In this document: positions 36,600-48,319 of the stretch, one piece after another | How positions within the stretch are numbered: the first letter of the stretch is position 1 | Layout: each line of letters starts with the position of its first letter | Assembly: GCF_001194135.2 (NCBI RefSeq) | Contig: NC_068982.1 | Span: 106,071,902 to 106,120,464, forward strand | Direction of reading: 5' to 3' | From: Octopus bimaculoides | Taxonomy: Eukaryota | DNA length: 48,563 nucleotides | Made by a program: the position numbers and the translations under genes | The notes under the pieces: model-generated | Database searches by the model: none | Seen by the model: the letters and a program-made list of their open reading frames with translations, nothing else | What the model was told of the DNA's origin: nothing

Positions 36600-36998
36600 T
36601 TTATTCTTTTATATGTACCAGTCATTTGACTGCGGCCATGCTGGAGCACCGCCTTTAGTCGAAGAAATCGACCCCAGGACTTATTCTTTGTAAGCCTGGT
36701 ACTTATTCTATCGGTCTCTTTGCCGAACTGCTAAGTTACAGGAACGTAAACACACCAACATCGGTTGTCAAATGATGGTGGGAGACAATCACAGACACAC
36801 AAACATATACACACACACACACAAACATATATAGATATACGACGGGCTTCTTTCAGTTTCCGTCTATCAAATCCACTCACAAGGCATTGGTCGGCCCGAT
36901 GCTATAGTGGAAGACACTTGCCCAAGGTGTCACGCAGTGGGACTGAACCCAGCACCATGTGGTTGGGAAGCAAGCTATATACCACACAGCTACGCCTG
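36600..36998 (-). mobile_element. SINE family A, full length, with an extra copy of its head at 36999-37030
   Basis: Complete homolog of 23464-23868; a second GGCGTGGCTGAGTGGTAGGTAGCT head lies immediately upstream. Confidence 0.93.
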
Positions 36999-37399
36999 CG
37001 CTTAGCTACCTACCACTCAGCCACGCCTGGAATAGACAGTATTAAGTGTATCAAAATCTGCATATGAGGTATACTTTTTGGTCTTAAGCTTAAGCCTATT
37101 TTTATACAGAATACTATAATTACTACACTTTTTCGTATTCATACTATTACTATTATTCTTATTATAAATTGTTGGCATTCCGTTGCTTACGACGTCGAGG
37201 GTTCCAGTTATATTAACATCTCTCGGATACATTTGGTGAAAAATACCTCGCTAAGACAAATAAGGTTCCCCGTGAACTAGGTAAATATATTACAGCGTAC
37301 ATATCAATATATCAATATGCAGATATACAGACCCAACCCCCTCTCTTCTTAACTCCCTTTATTGAACCATGTTCCCTCCACTTGGTTTCTAACCCTTCG

Positions 37400-37610
37400 T
37401 CGGTAATTCCGTTTTGTTTTTCTTCCTATCACTAACCACTCCCCTTTCTCACTATCTTTATGCTTTTCTCTTTCCTCTGGTGAAGGGCTAATGCTCAAAA
37501 TGTCAAGGCAGTTTCTCTTTCCATTAACGTTAAATCGTTAAGCTAATACGTATTTGTTAAACTTTCTCCCTCTTGTGGTGTCTCTTTTATTGAACATTGT
37601 ATTGACTATA
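37400..37610 (+). mobile_element. Short repeat family H, copy 3 (hammerhead-like core at 37477-37504)
   Basis: CTGGTGA-AGGGC-TAAT-GCTC-AAAA-TGTC followed by CGTTAAGCTAATAC; ends in (TATG)n. Confidence 0.55.
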
Positions 37611-38410
37611 TGTTTATGTATGTATGTATGCATGCATGTATGTATGTATGTGTGTATGTATATATGTATGTATGTATGTGTGCATGCGCGTTCGCATGTA
37701 TGTATATGTATACATTTATAGACACACACACATGTACTTATATATGTGTGTAAGTATATTTATTGGAAGCTGAAAAGTTCACAATTCGCTTGTGATCAAT
37801 AGGAACAAAGAAAGCCAGTCTATAATAGAACATGCAGAAAAAATATTTGAAGATTCTTACAAACTTTGACTGGATGCTGAAAGAAAAGAAATGATTTCAT
37901 CAATTTCATTAATATAAAGCCACCACAATTTCGAAAAGTCTTTGTGGTGAGAGATAAGGAGACAAACTATATTTGTAGATAAGAAGTAAAAAAAAAAAAA
38001 AAGAGGAAGATAAATAAAAAAAAATAAGCCTGTGTGCGTGTGGCTATAACTTAATATTTTAATCTTGCACAATATATATATATATATATATANNNNNNNN
38101 NNNNNNNNNNNNNNNNNNNNNNNNNNNNNNNNNNNNNNNNNNNNNNNNNNNNNNNNNNNNNNNNNNNNNNNNNNNNNNNNNNNNNNNNNNNNNNNNNNNN
38201 NNNNNNNNNNNNNNNNNNNNNNNNNNNNNNNNNNNNNNNNNNNNNNNNNNNNNNNNNNNNNNNNNNNNNNNNNNNNNNNNNNNNNNNNNNNNNNNNNNNN
38301 NNNNNNNNNNNNNNNNNNNNNNNNNNNNNNNNNNNNNNNNNNNNNNNNNNNNNNNNNNNNNNNNNNNNNNNNNNNNNNNNNNNNNNNNNNNNNNNNNNNN
38401 NNNNNNNNNN

Positions 38411-38449
<39 letters not shown>

Positions 38450-38659
38450 CACACCCACACACATGTTCACTCACATACACAGCCTTGTGTGCAATTCAAT
38501 AGATGCAGGAGAATTTATATATTTGTTTGAATGTGATGATTCACTGTCGAGTTTCCAGGCGACAGTAGTATTTGATCTATCTATCTAGCTAGCTAGCTAG
38601 CTAGCTATCTGTCTATCTATCTGTCAATCTGTCTATCTATCTATCTGTCAATCTGTCTA

Positions 38660-39600
38660 TCATTATAATTGACGCTTCGATGCTATGCTCGTAGAGTTGA
38701 AGTACTTCCAAGCGAGTTCCGTTGCAGAGACTATGTTGTAGAGAAGCTTCTAAGAAGCATAATAATTACTAAGTTAAGGCGATGGGGAGGCATTCCAGGT
38801 GTAAGATAGTTTATAAACTTCATGGATAATTCTGGGCTTCTTCTTCATTATCAGAAGTTACTGGGTCGGTGCTTAGATATATCTTAGTTTCAGTGGGCAA
38901 TCTACTTAGAATTTCTTCATTGACTGCTAAGCAGTCCGAATTTTTAGGGGATAAGATCACTCTATTTTCCATTTCTTCTGTTGTACAATTATCAAATATA
39001 TCAGATACCTAAGAATTGTTACATGTGCATGCTTCAGGAATGTCAATAATATCTTCTGCTAGATTATCAAGAGAGCTTTGAAGAAATCCACTTCCAAGTT
39101 GTAGTAGCCACCTCGAAAAATCTTGTTCATTTGCATTTGTTCTCATGTTTTGCGTAAGTTGCATTTGATGAAAATTATTCCACATAGAGGAGCGTTTGAG
39201 GCAGGCATCAAGTTCAGCTGGAAGAAGAGCTCTGGGAACAACTGGAAGACTTTCTCTAAAACCTCCTCCTAGTACGATAATTTTCCCACCAAATATACTA
39301 TTACTATTCATAATATCTCTTAAACTATTATCTATAGCTTTCAAAGCATAAACTAGTTTCATTTAAACTTCGTCAATAATAAAGCCTTTTACTCGCCTCA
39401 GAATGTTTCCTTGATCAGAATTTGGTGGAACATTGCATACACGTGTTTCACTCAAAGGATCTGGAAGATTGAATATAGTGTGCAGAGTTTTACTACCTTT
39501 CAAGAATGTTGCAGCAATGCCAGTCCAGACGCCAAGGAAAAAAAACGCGAATTTAATCCTGACTTATCTCCCTTAGCGTGACAAACACCGACGGTACAAG
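38660..39600 (-). mobile_element. Helitron RepHel PIF1-like helicase pseudogene fragment
   Basis: WTGIAATFLKGSKTLHTIF..IIDEV..AID..LRDI..FGGKIIVLGGGFRESLPVV..QLTQNMR..FSRWLLQLGSG..ILSPKN..VN..GMPPHRL..LCNGTRL. Confidence 0.93.
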
Positions 39601-39615
39601 CGTATTAATATATAG

Positions 39616-39820
39616 ATTATACTATAGGCACAATGCCAGCAATTTTTGAGGTGGGGACTAGTCGATTACATCACTCCCAATGCTCCACTGGTACTTATTT
39701 TATCGACCACGAAAGGATGAAAAGCAGAGTCGACATCGGTGGAATTTGAACTCAGAACGTCAGGACGGACGAAATAACACTAAACATTTCGCCCGGCATG
39801 CTAACGATTGCCAGCTCACC
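39616..39820 (-). mobile_element. SINE family B, full length
   Basis: Reverse complement of the 22589 copy; its head abuts (AAC)n. Confidence 0.92.
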
Positions 39821-39825
39821 GACTT

Positions 39826-39839
39826 AATAACAACAACAA

Positions 39840-39921
<82 letters not shown>

Positions 39922-39957
39922 AACAACAACAACAATAACAATAATAATAATAATAAT
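39826..39957. repeat. (AAC)n to (AAT)n trinucleotide microsatellite
   Basis: Direct reading. Confidence 0.97.
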
Positions 39958-40061
39958 ATGAAATAGATCGACAAGTTTACTTTTTGAACCTGTGGAAGAC
40001 ACACGAGATGTCGAAGTATCGTTCACTTGATAACTATGGCACTCTTCTTTTTTTTTGCTTC

Positions 40062-40102
<41 letters not shown>

Positions 40103-40117
40103 TAATAACGATAATAG

Positions 40118-40318
40118 TCCTTTATACTGTAGACAGAAGGCCAGCAATTCTGGGAGAGGGTTTAAGTTGACTAAATCGACCCCAGTACTTAACTGGAACT
40201 ATTTTATCGATCCCGAAAAAGAAGACAAAGTTGACACCGGCAGAATTTGAACTCAGGATGGATCAAATGCCGCTAAGTATTTTTCCCAGAGTGCATACGA
40301 TTCTGCCAGCTCACTGCC
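40118..40318 (-). mobile_element. SINE family B, near full length
   Basis: ACTGTAGACAGAAGGCCAGCAATT..GACCCCAGT..GAATTTGAACTC..GATTCTGCCAGCTCAC; tail next to (AAT)n at about 40063-40115. Confidence 0.88.
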
Positions 40319-40782
40319 TCAACACAACGAGAGTTTCTTGACTCCTCGTTCTCAACTCGATAGAAATTCCCGCCAAAATTTCAGGGTTATTGGTATGAGG
40401 ATTGGGACTACAGACAAACGCGCACCGCAAACTCCTTAACCATACAGTTCAAAGTAGAAGATTTACAGGCAGGATTGCAACAGAACCAGAAAACTAAATA
40501 AGTAAATTAATTAATTAATTAAGAAAGAAATAAAGGCCAAGGGAAATCAAATTCCTGAGGGACATACTGAAGCAAAAGCAACGCCAACAATAACAACAAA
40601 AGACATGGTAATCAGAAGTTGCATAATCTATTCCTTTACTCTCTGTCTGTCCATTTCTTTCTCTCCATCTCTCTCTCCATGTGTGCATGTGTGTATGTGT
40701 GTGCGTTTGCATGAAAATAAAATTTAACTATAAAAATAATTCAAGTACATGTAGGTGTATGTATTAATATAAAAATAAATAA

Positions 40783-41177
40783 GGTGTGGCTATGTGGTAA
40801 GAAGCTTACTTCCCAACCACATGGTTCCAGGTTCAGTCCCATTGCGTAGCACTCAGTGTCTTACTCATGAACCCAACGGTGGACTAGGAATCGGACTTAC
40901 TACTTCATGATTGTGAGCCACACGCTCTAACCACTGAGCCATGTGCCTTCATGCATTTACTTTACGTTTGGTACTATTCCATTTCTTTTTCCGAACCACT
41001 AAGTTTCGGGGACAAAAACAAACCAGCGTCGGTTGTCAAGCAGTGGAAAAGGGACAAACGCAAACGGAAAGACACACACGTATGCAACATTCACTCACAC
41101 ACACACATCCACACACCACACACACACACAAGCACATCAGCTGCCGCACAGTTTCCGTCTACCAAATTCACTCACAT
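40783..41177. mobile_element. Composite of SINE A head (+, 40783-40853), SINE C-like head (-, 40855-40950) and SINE A body (-, 40962-41177)
   Basis: GGTGTGGCTATGTGGTAAG..GGTTCAGTCCC; CTCTAACCACTGAGCCATGTGCC; GTCGGTTGTCAAG..TTTCCGTCTACCAAATTCACTCACA. Confidence 0.8.
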
Positions 41178-42522
41178 CATCATCATCATCATCTTCTCCT
41201 CTCCCCTCTGCATTTTTCTTTCTTTCTTTCTTTCTTTCTTTCCTTCCTTCTTTCCATCTTTCTTTCTTTTCTTCTTTTTTCTTTCTTTCTGTTTTCTCCC
41301 TTTCATCTTCCTTTCCTTCTTTCTACCTCTGAGCAATTCAAATGAAACGAAGCACAAAATGCCTTCCAAAGTTTTATTATTTTTAAAAAATTTTCTTTCT
41401 GTCTTTTTTTTTTTTGTCTTTGTCACTTGCGGCGGCAACAGTAACGGTGACAACAACCACCAGCACTAGTGACGGCTGCGGCGGCTGCGGCGGCTGCTAT
41501 AGCGGTGGTCGGCAACAACGGAGGGCATGGAAGAGAGAAGGAAGTAGACAAAGAAAGGCATTGTTGTAATTACAGTCATCAACCACCTAATTCCCAAAAC
41601 AGCTCCCAAGCTCTTCTTCCTTGGGAGAAACACACACACACACACAAAAAAAGCAAAAACAATTAAAATGTGAAATAAAAATAAAGTAAGACAGTAATAA
41701 CACCATCAGCGACAAACGAGACAAACACATACACGCATATATATATACATACATGACACATACATTCACGTAGAGGGCAAAATGTATGTCTAAGGATGAA
41801 ATCAACCAAGAAACCGAAAATAGGGGATGAGTGATTTAGGGAACAACAAAATGCACCTCGAAACACTTCCCTTACCCTTTCGACACGTGTATCACCGATT
41901 ATCAAGCACACTTACTTCTATGGGAGTGACCAATGCAAACCGCAGGTTTCTTGTCTGACCCTAGGCGACACATTTCATCATATACTGGTTTTGATAGCTA
42001 TCGTGATGGTGGTCATTTAAGCCTTTAGGCCGTTGGCACCCTATGTTATATATATATATATATATATNNNNNNNNNNNNNNNNNNNNNNNNNNNNNNNNN
42101 NNNNNNNNNNNNNNNNNNNNNNNNNNNNNNNNNNNNNNNNNNNNNNNNNNNNNNNNNNNNNNNNNNNNNNNNNNNNNNNNNNNNNNNNNNNNNNNNNNNN
42201 NNNNNNNNNNNNNNNNNNNNNNNNNNNNNNNNNNNNNNNNNNNNNNNNNNNNNNNNNNNNNNNNNNNNNNNNNNNNNNNNNNNNNNNNNNNNNNNNNNNN
42301 NNNNNNNNNNNNNNNNNNNNNNNNNNNNNNNNNNNNNNNNNNNNNNNNNNNNNNNNNNNNNNNNNNNNNNNNNNNNNNNNNNNNNNNNNNNNNNNNNNNN
42401 NNNNNNNNNNNNNNNNNNNNNNNNNNNNNNNNNNNNNNNNNNNNNNNNNNNNNNNNNNNNNNNATATATATATATATATATATACACGCACACACACACA
42501 CATGCGTTTATATGTATAATTT

Positions 42523-42689
42523 AATCAACAAAGGATTTAAATGTGAGCTAATATAATTTCATGCTCTGATAGTACCGTAATCTAACAAGGTTGTATAGCG
42601 TACCATGTACTATACGACAATTGTTGAAAGAGATGGTACTATCTGAGCATGAAACTTATAGTAGCTCATATTTAAATCCATTGTTTATT
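42523..42689. repeat. 167-bp fold-back palindrome
   Basis: AACAAAGGATTTAAATGTGAGCTA..CATGCTC.GATAGTACC..GTATAG is mirrored by CTATAC..GGTACTATCTGAGCATG..TAGCTCATATTTAAATCCATTGTT. Confidence 0.9.
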
Positions 42690-42728
42690 AAACAATATTT
42701 TTCTTTCAATGGATGGAATATGATCTTC

Positions 42729-42770
42729 TGCCCTCAAATACAAACTTGGTGAGGTTTGTATTTGAGGGCA
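42729..42770. repeat. Perfect 17-bp stem, 8-nt loop hairpin
   Basis: TGCCCTCAAATACAAAC-TTGGTGAG-GTTTGTATTTGAGGGCA. Confidence 0.97.
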
Positions 42771-42869
42771 AATAAACAGTGGACCATGTTCCGAGCTCAC
42801 GCAAAGTGGCTCTAGCCAAAGTTAGACAATCAAATGCTTAAAAAGAATTTACATGTGATTTTTATTCTC

Positions 42870-43230
42870 TGAATGGGACGACGATACCACGAGTAGCTTT
42901 ACCGATGTTCAATACGGCTGTGGGTAAAACATTGTGATCTGGAACAGCCGTGTTAATTGAATCATAAAAGCAGGGTCTACTGGATGGAGTGAATGCCTAG
43001 GAAACCATAGCTGACTCCCATCCCGCCCCAGAATGGAGAAATCCCACATCTACAAGGCAGTTTAGTTATTAAACTAAGTGAATCTGGCTTCCAAAACACA
43101 TTTTTCGTCATAGAGGTAGGAGCAACGGGCTTTTTGTGCAAATATGCTTACGATCTCATGAAACGACTCTTCCAATGGAAAAAAAAAGTACTTGTGCGCT
43201 GAGAATAGTTTCAACAGGATCTAGTCGAGG
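42870..43230 (+). mobile_element. Second HERO-like RLE fragment
   Basis: NIVIW..RMEKSHIYK..IKLSESGFQNTFFVIEVGATGFLCKYAYDLMKRL, with frameshifts. Confidence 0.6.
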
Positions 43231-43491
43231 AAGAAAGAAAATGAATTTCAGAAAGCATAATTTCCCTACATTCGATTGATGTGATGAACCGAAGTGGTTA
43301 AGACATCCCAGATATCTTGGCTATGGTACACCTAGGGCACCCAAAAGATGTTGGTTCCATACACTGCGGACGATAGCAGAATATGTTAGAGCAGAGGAGT
43401 AAACAGGAGTCATGACCTGGATACGGTCCTTCTCCTTAGCGTGTAAGGAGTTTAGGGCTGAAACAATTGCCTGAAGGGGAAAACTTGTACC

Positions 43492-43545
<54 letters not shown>

Positions 43546-44457
43546 NNNNNNNNNNNNNNNNNNNNNNNNNNNNNNNNNNNNNNNNNNNNNNNNNNNNNNN
43601 NNNNNNNNNNNNNNNNNNNNNNNNNNNNNNNNNNNNNNNNNNNNNNNNNNNNNNNNNNNNNNNNNNNNNNNNNNNNNNNNNNNNNNNNNNNNNNNNNNNN
43701 NNNNNNNNNNNNNNNNNNNNNNNNNNNNNNNNNNNNNNNNNNNNNNNNNNNNNNNNNNNNNNNNNNNNNNNNNNNNNNNNNNNNNNNNNNNNNNNNNNNN
43801 NNNNNNNNNNNNNNNNNNNNNNNNNNNNNNNNNNNNNNNNNNNNNNNNNNNNNNNNNNNNNNNNNNNNNNNNNNNNNNNNNNNNNNNNNNNNNNNNNNNN
43901 NNNNNNNNNNNNNNNNNNNNNNNNNNNNNNNNNNNNNNNNNNNNNNNNNNNNNNNNNNNNNNNNNNNNNNNNNNNNNNNNNNNNNNNNNNNNNNNNNNNN
44001 NNNNNNNNNNNNNNNNNNNNNNNNNNNNNNNNNNNNNNNNNNNNNNNNNNNNNNNNNNNNNNNNNNNNNNNNNNNNNNNNNNNNNNNNNNNNNNNNNNNN
44101 NNNNNNNNNNNNNNNNNNNNNNNNNNNNNNNNNNNNNNNNNNNNNNNNNNNNNNNNNNNNNNNNNNNNNNNNNNNNNNNNNNNNNNNNNNNNNNNNNNNN
44201 NNNNNNNNNNNNNNNNNNNNNNNNNNNNNNNNNNNNNNNNNNNNNNNNNNNNNNNNNNNNNNNNNNNNNNNNNNNNNNNNNNNNNNNNNNNNNNNNNNNN
44301 NNNNNNNNNNNNNNNNNNNNNNNNNNNNNNNNNNNNNNNNNNNNNNNNNNNNNNNNNNNNNNNNNNNNNNNNNNNNNNNNNNNNNNNNNNNNNNNNNNNN
44401 NNNNNNNNNNNNNNNNNNNNNNNNNNNNNNNNNNNNNNTTTTTTTTCTCTCTCTTTC

Positions 44458-44620
<163 letters not shown>

Positions 44621-44736
44621 GTATAACATCGCCTCAGACACACATGTATAAACACAAACACTCACTTGTGTTCAGTTTTTTTCTTACCCAATTTTCTTAT
44701 TCTTACAAACAAATGCGCCCACGCACACACACACAC

Positions 44737-44775
<39 letters not shown>

Positions 44776-45530
44776 CACGCGTACGTGTGTGTACACAGTT
44801 AATAAGACAACACTATTGCTTGTCTCTTGTCTACCTGACACCCATATGCATTTTCTACATAGAGGCGCGCGCCAGGTTAGAAACACTGAAATATACGCAT
44901 ACACACAAACGCAGATACACACTTTCTGGCTACCTCGCTCTTTCCTCCCCCGATTGTGTCTCTGTATCCAACACACATACAACCCTCATACGCATGCAAC
45001 GACCACAGCACACGACTATTATTCAAAGGTTATTGTTGCTGTTCAGTAAGCTGTTACGGATCACTGAACTGCTAACCACGTACCATTTTGTGTTAGTCGT
45101 TATGTAGAGACAACGTCGGACTGCTAGAGCACGTTCATATATATATNNNNNNNNNNNNNNNNNNNNNNNNNNNNNNNNNNNNNNNNNNNNNNNNNNNNNN
45201 NNNNNNNNNNNNNNNNNNNNNNNNNNNNNNNNNNNNNNNNNNNNNNNNNNNNNNNNNNNNNNNNNNNNNNNNNNNNNNNNNNNNNNNNNNNNNNNNNNNN
45301 NNNNNNNNNNNNNNNNNNNNNNNNNNNNNNNNNNNNNNNNNNNNNNNNNNNNNNNNNNNNNNNNNNNNNNNNNNNNNNNNNNNNNNNNNNNNNNNNNNNN
45401 NNNNNNNNNNNNNNNNNNNNNNNNNNNNNNNNNNNNNNNNNNNNNNNNNNNNNNNNNNNNNNNNNNNNNNNNNNNNNNNNNNNNNNNNNNNNNNNNNNNN
45501 NNNNNGTATATACATATGTATGTATGTATG

Positions 45531-45565
<35 letters not shown>

Positions 45566-45612
45566 CAATTTATATATATATAATACAATACAATATAATA
45601 TAATATAATATA

Positions 45613-45689
<77 letters not shown>

Positions 45690-45691
<2 letters not shown>

Positions 45692-46225
45692 GGAATACCA
45701 AACATGGGACAAGAACGCAAAGCATCCAGAGAGTTAAATGATATAAAAAAAGTCACAACAAAACATCCGGACAAACGATACAAAAAAACAAGGACGAGTC
45801 ATTCGGAGTTTTCTTTCTTCTGTCGAGTTCCAGATTATCTTTGCAATTTCGGCTGGTTATACTTGAGATTGCTCCAATCTGGCCGGCCCCAAGGAAAAAC
45901 TAAGCTAAGAGCACTAGATTCCTTGGAAGAAAGCAGCGAATGTATACGAAAACAAGGACGGAAAAAAACGGAGAAATTGTACACAAATACAAATAAAGGA
46001 CATTAACAACAGCTGTCTTTCGACTAAGGACGAATTAAGTTGAGCTGGCCTCTGTGGAAGTGAAGCCTTACGGCAGGGACATAAGAGATGACAGGCGTAT
46101 AGATGTTGTACGGATCTATAGGGATAGAATGGGCATGCCAACGGTAGGCCGAAACAGCTGTAAGTTTCTGTATATTCTCCAATTGCTAAATGTACTTTAT
46201 ATTTGTAACCTTAATTGTTAATATG
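45690..46225. repeat. Unclassified non-coding interspersed repeat next to (TG)n
   Basis: Recalled as a common octopus repeat. Contains GGCCGAAACAGCTGTA at about 46147-46162, a degenerate hammerhead-like 3' half with a palindromic stem III. Confidence 0.4.
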
Positions 46226-46509
46226 ACACAGTATGTCATAAGCATCTGTATATTGTGGTTTTTGTCATTTTAGTTACAAAATAAACAAATTAATTCAATG
46301 GAATACACTGTCTGCAAGTCGACGGATACCGCATATTCTCCTCCATTTTCTTATTGCTATATAAATTTAGAGTAAAATAACCCCCTTTACCCGCACCCAC
46401 TTATTACACTTGGTATAACACTAGTGTAACAATAATTGGGTACCCTTCCAGCAGTATATTGGATAGATACTATCCCTTAGTGGGTTGAATCCTCAACCCC
46501 TAACTCTCT

Positions 46510-46584
<75 letters not shown>

Positions 46585-46599
46585 AGTCAATTCAATTAA

Positions 46600-46960
46600 A
46601 CGAATAATAAAAAAATTAACAAACGACAAGATGGTATGTGCAAGAAATGTATTAGCTTGATGCTCGGCAAACAGAGTGTGTTTGACGTTTCTAGCATAGC
46701 ACTTCGTCGGAAAGGAGAAAGGGAAAAGGCCAAAGCAGGAAAATAAATCGCCTACAGCGCATGTGTAGTTTACATTGCTGCAGTGCAACTACACAGATGC
46801 TGTTGGCGATTTCTTTTCCTTCTTTGGACGTTTCCCTTTCTCCTTTTCGGCGAAGAGCATACTCGAAACGTCAAACTCTTTCTTTTTACATTGCAGCAAT
46901 GTAACTACACGTCCTCTTGTTGTCTGTTGATAGTTTTTATTATTCATTTATGTGAATTGA
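46600..46960. mobile_element. Short repeat family H, copies 4 (-) and 5 (+), as a head-to-head inverted pair
   Basis: Arms 46681-46770 and 46787-46875 are reverse complements; cores CCGACGA-AGTGC-TAT-GCTA-GAAA-CGTC (-) and TCGGCGA-AGAGC-AT-ACTC-GAAA-CGTC (+). Confidence 0.8.
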
Positions 46961-47675
46961 TTGTTTATTTCAAGTGATTATTTACCGCACGCTCACACGG
47001 ACCGTCTACGTCCTTTCGACTGATTTGGAGTACCTGATCCATGGATTTCTTACTCTAATCTTGGATTACATTACCTTTAAAGCCCTTCGGAGTACATCGT
47101 TTCTGCAATTTTGATTTCACCCTTTGCATCCATGCGAATTCGGATAAATTCTCGCTTTGCAGTACTTTTAGTAACTGTCTTCTTGTATAGCACAATCATT
47201 GTCTTGTGACTAAATTTGGTGGAGGGAAACTCTATGAAAGCCCGTCGTAGTTGTGTGTGTATATCTGTGTACGGATGTATGCACCTCTGTGTTTGTGTTT
47301 GATATTCACTCACACACAGCTGTTGGCCTCCGGTCTAGTTCTTTAAACAAACCCATACAATAATTACCACACCTAAAATAAGTACTAGAGGGGATTTGTT
47401 CGGCCGCAATTCAATGATAAAAGATTAAACATATATATGTGAATAGTAAAAGGAAGGATATAATATCCAGGCAGATACCGAATTTCTCTGAGTAAAATTC
47501 CAGGGCTGGTTCCGTCAGATGGTGCTTTTTTGGTAAACTTCCTTTAGCTCCTATCCGATTTTACAGTTTTTTTCTTGGCTACTTAGAATGTAAAGTACAA
47601 TACTCATAATAAGAAGAATGAAGAATTTGAACATTTAAACTTTAATGGGTTTTGTTCCAGTTAGTTTATTCTTAA

Positions 47676-47800
47676 CCCTTTGAGCCCGCAACACCGGTTT
47701 ACCGGTGGATGGTTTATTTTCTCTATACAATAGCACCGCTCTACCGGTGGAGTGCTAGGCATATGATCAAATAAGGTCCAGGAGGTCAGAGCTCAAAGGG
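47676..47800. mobile_element. piggyBac-type MITE, 125 bp
   Basis: TTAA-CCCTTTGAGC ... GCTCAAAGGG-ATAA: perfect 10-bp TIR starting CCC, with TTAA/ATAA flanks. Confidence 0.75.
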
Positions 47801-48280
47801 ATAATAATTGCCCGACTCGTGTCTAATAATTGCTCGATCGCACTAACTGCAAATAAATATGCAACAATATGCAGTGTGAGCGAAATACGTATCGGACAAT
47901 TAATGTGAATAAACTAACTGGAAATAAACATAAAGTTTGAATGTTCAAACTCTTCATTCACCTTATTATCAACATGTATATATGTGTGTGTGTGTGTGTA
48001 TGTGTTTATGCGTGTATATATATACATATATGAATAACGTGTCATCATATAAGAGAATCTGAAAGAAGTCATTAATGAAGATCTAAGTTGAGTATTATGA
48101 AACTAAACTAAAGTGATCGGTTTAATTAAAATGTTTCACTCAATGGCTTAGTTCTGTACTGGAAAACATTTCCTTAAGAATATTACGTTAGAAATATTTT
48201 ATCAGAGAGAAATATTTAATAGTCTTTAGGCAATAATTGCATGTTACTTCTTGATGAATTTGCAATCTATCTATCTATCA

Positions 48281-48318
<38 letters not shown>

Positions 48319-48319
<1 letters not shown>

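Noticed and set aside
37017-37232. 71-aa minus-strand ORF as an upstream continuation of the Penelope ORF
   Set aside because: No RT motif could be aligned, and it overlaps SINE-like fragments.
41420-41530. GC-rich Ala/Gly-coding-like stretch (MTAAAAAAAIAVVG)
   Set aside because: A degenerate trinucleotide low-complexity tract between microsatellites, with no splice signals.
41906-41990. Minus-strand GAA|GTAAGT donor with short ORF MKMCRLGSDKKPAVCIGHSHR
   Set aside because: No convincing acceptor or promoter evidence, and no recognisable product.
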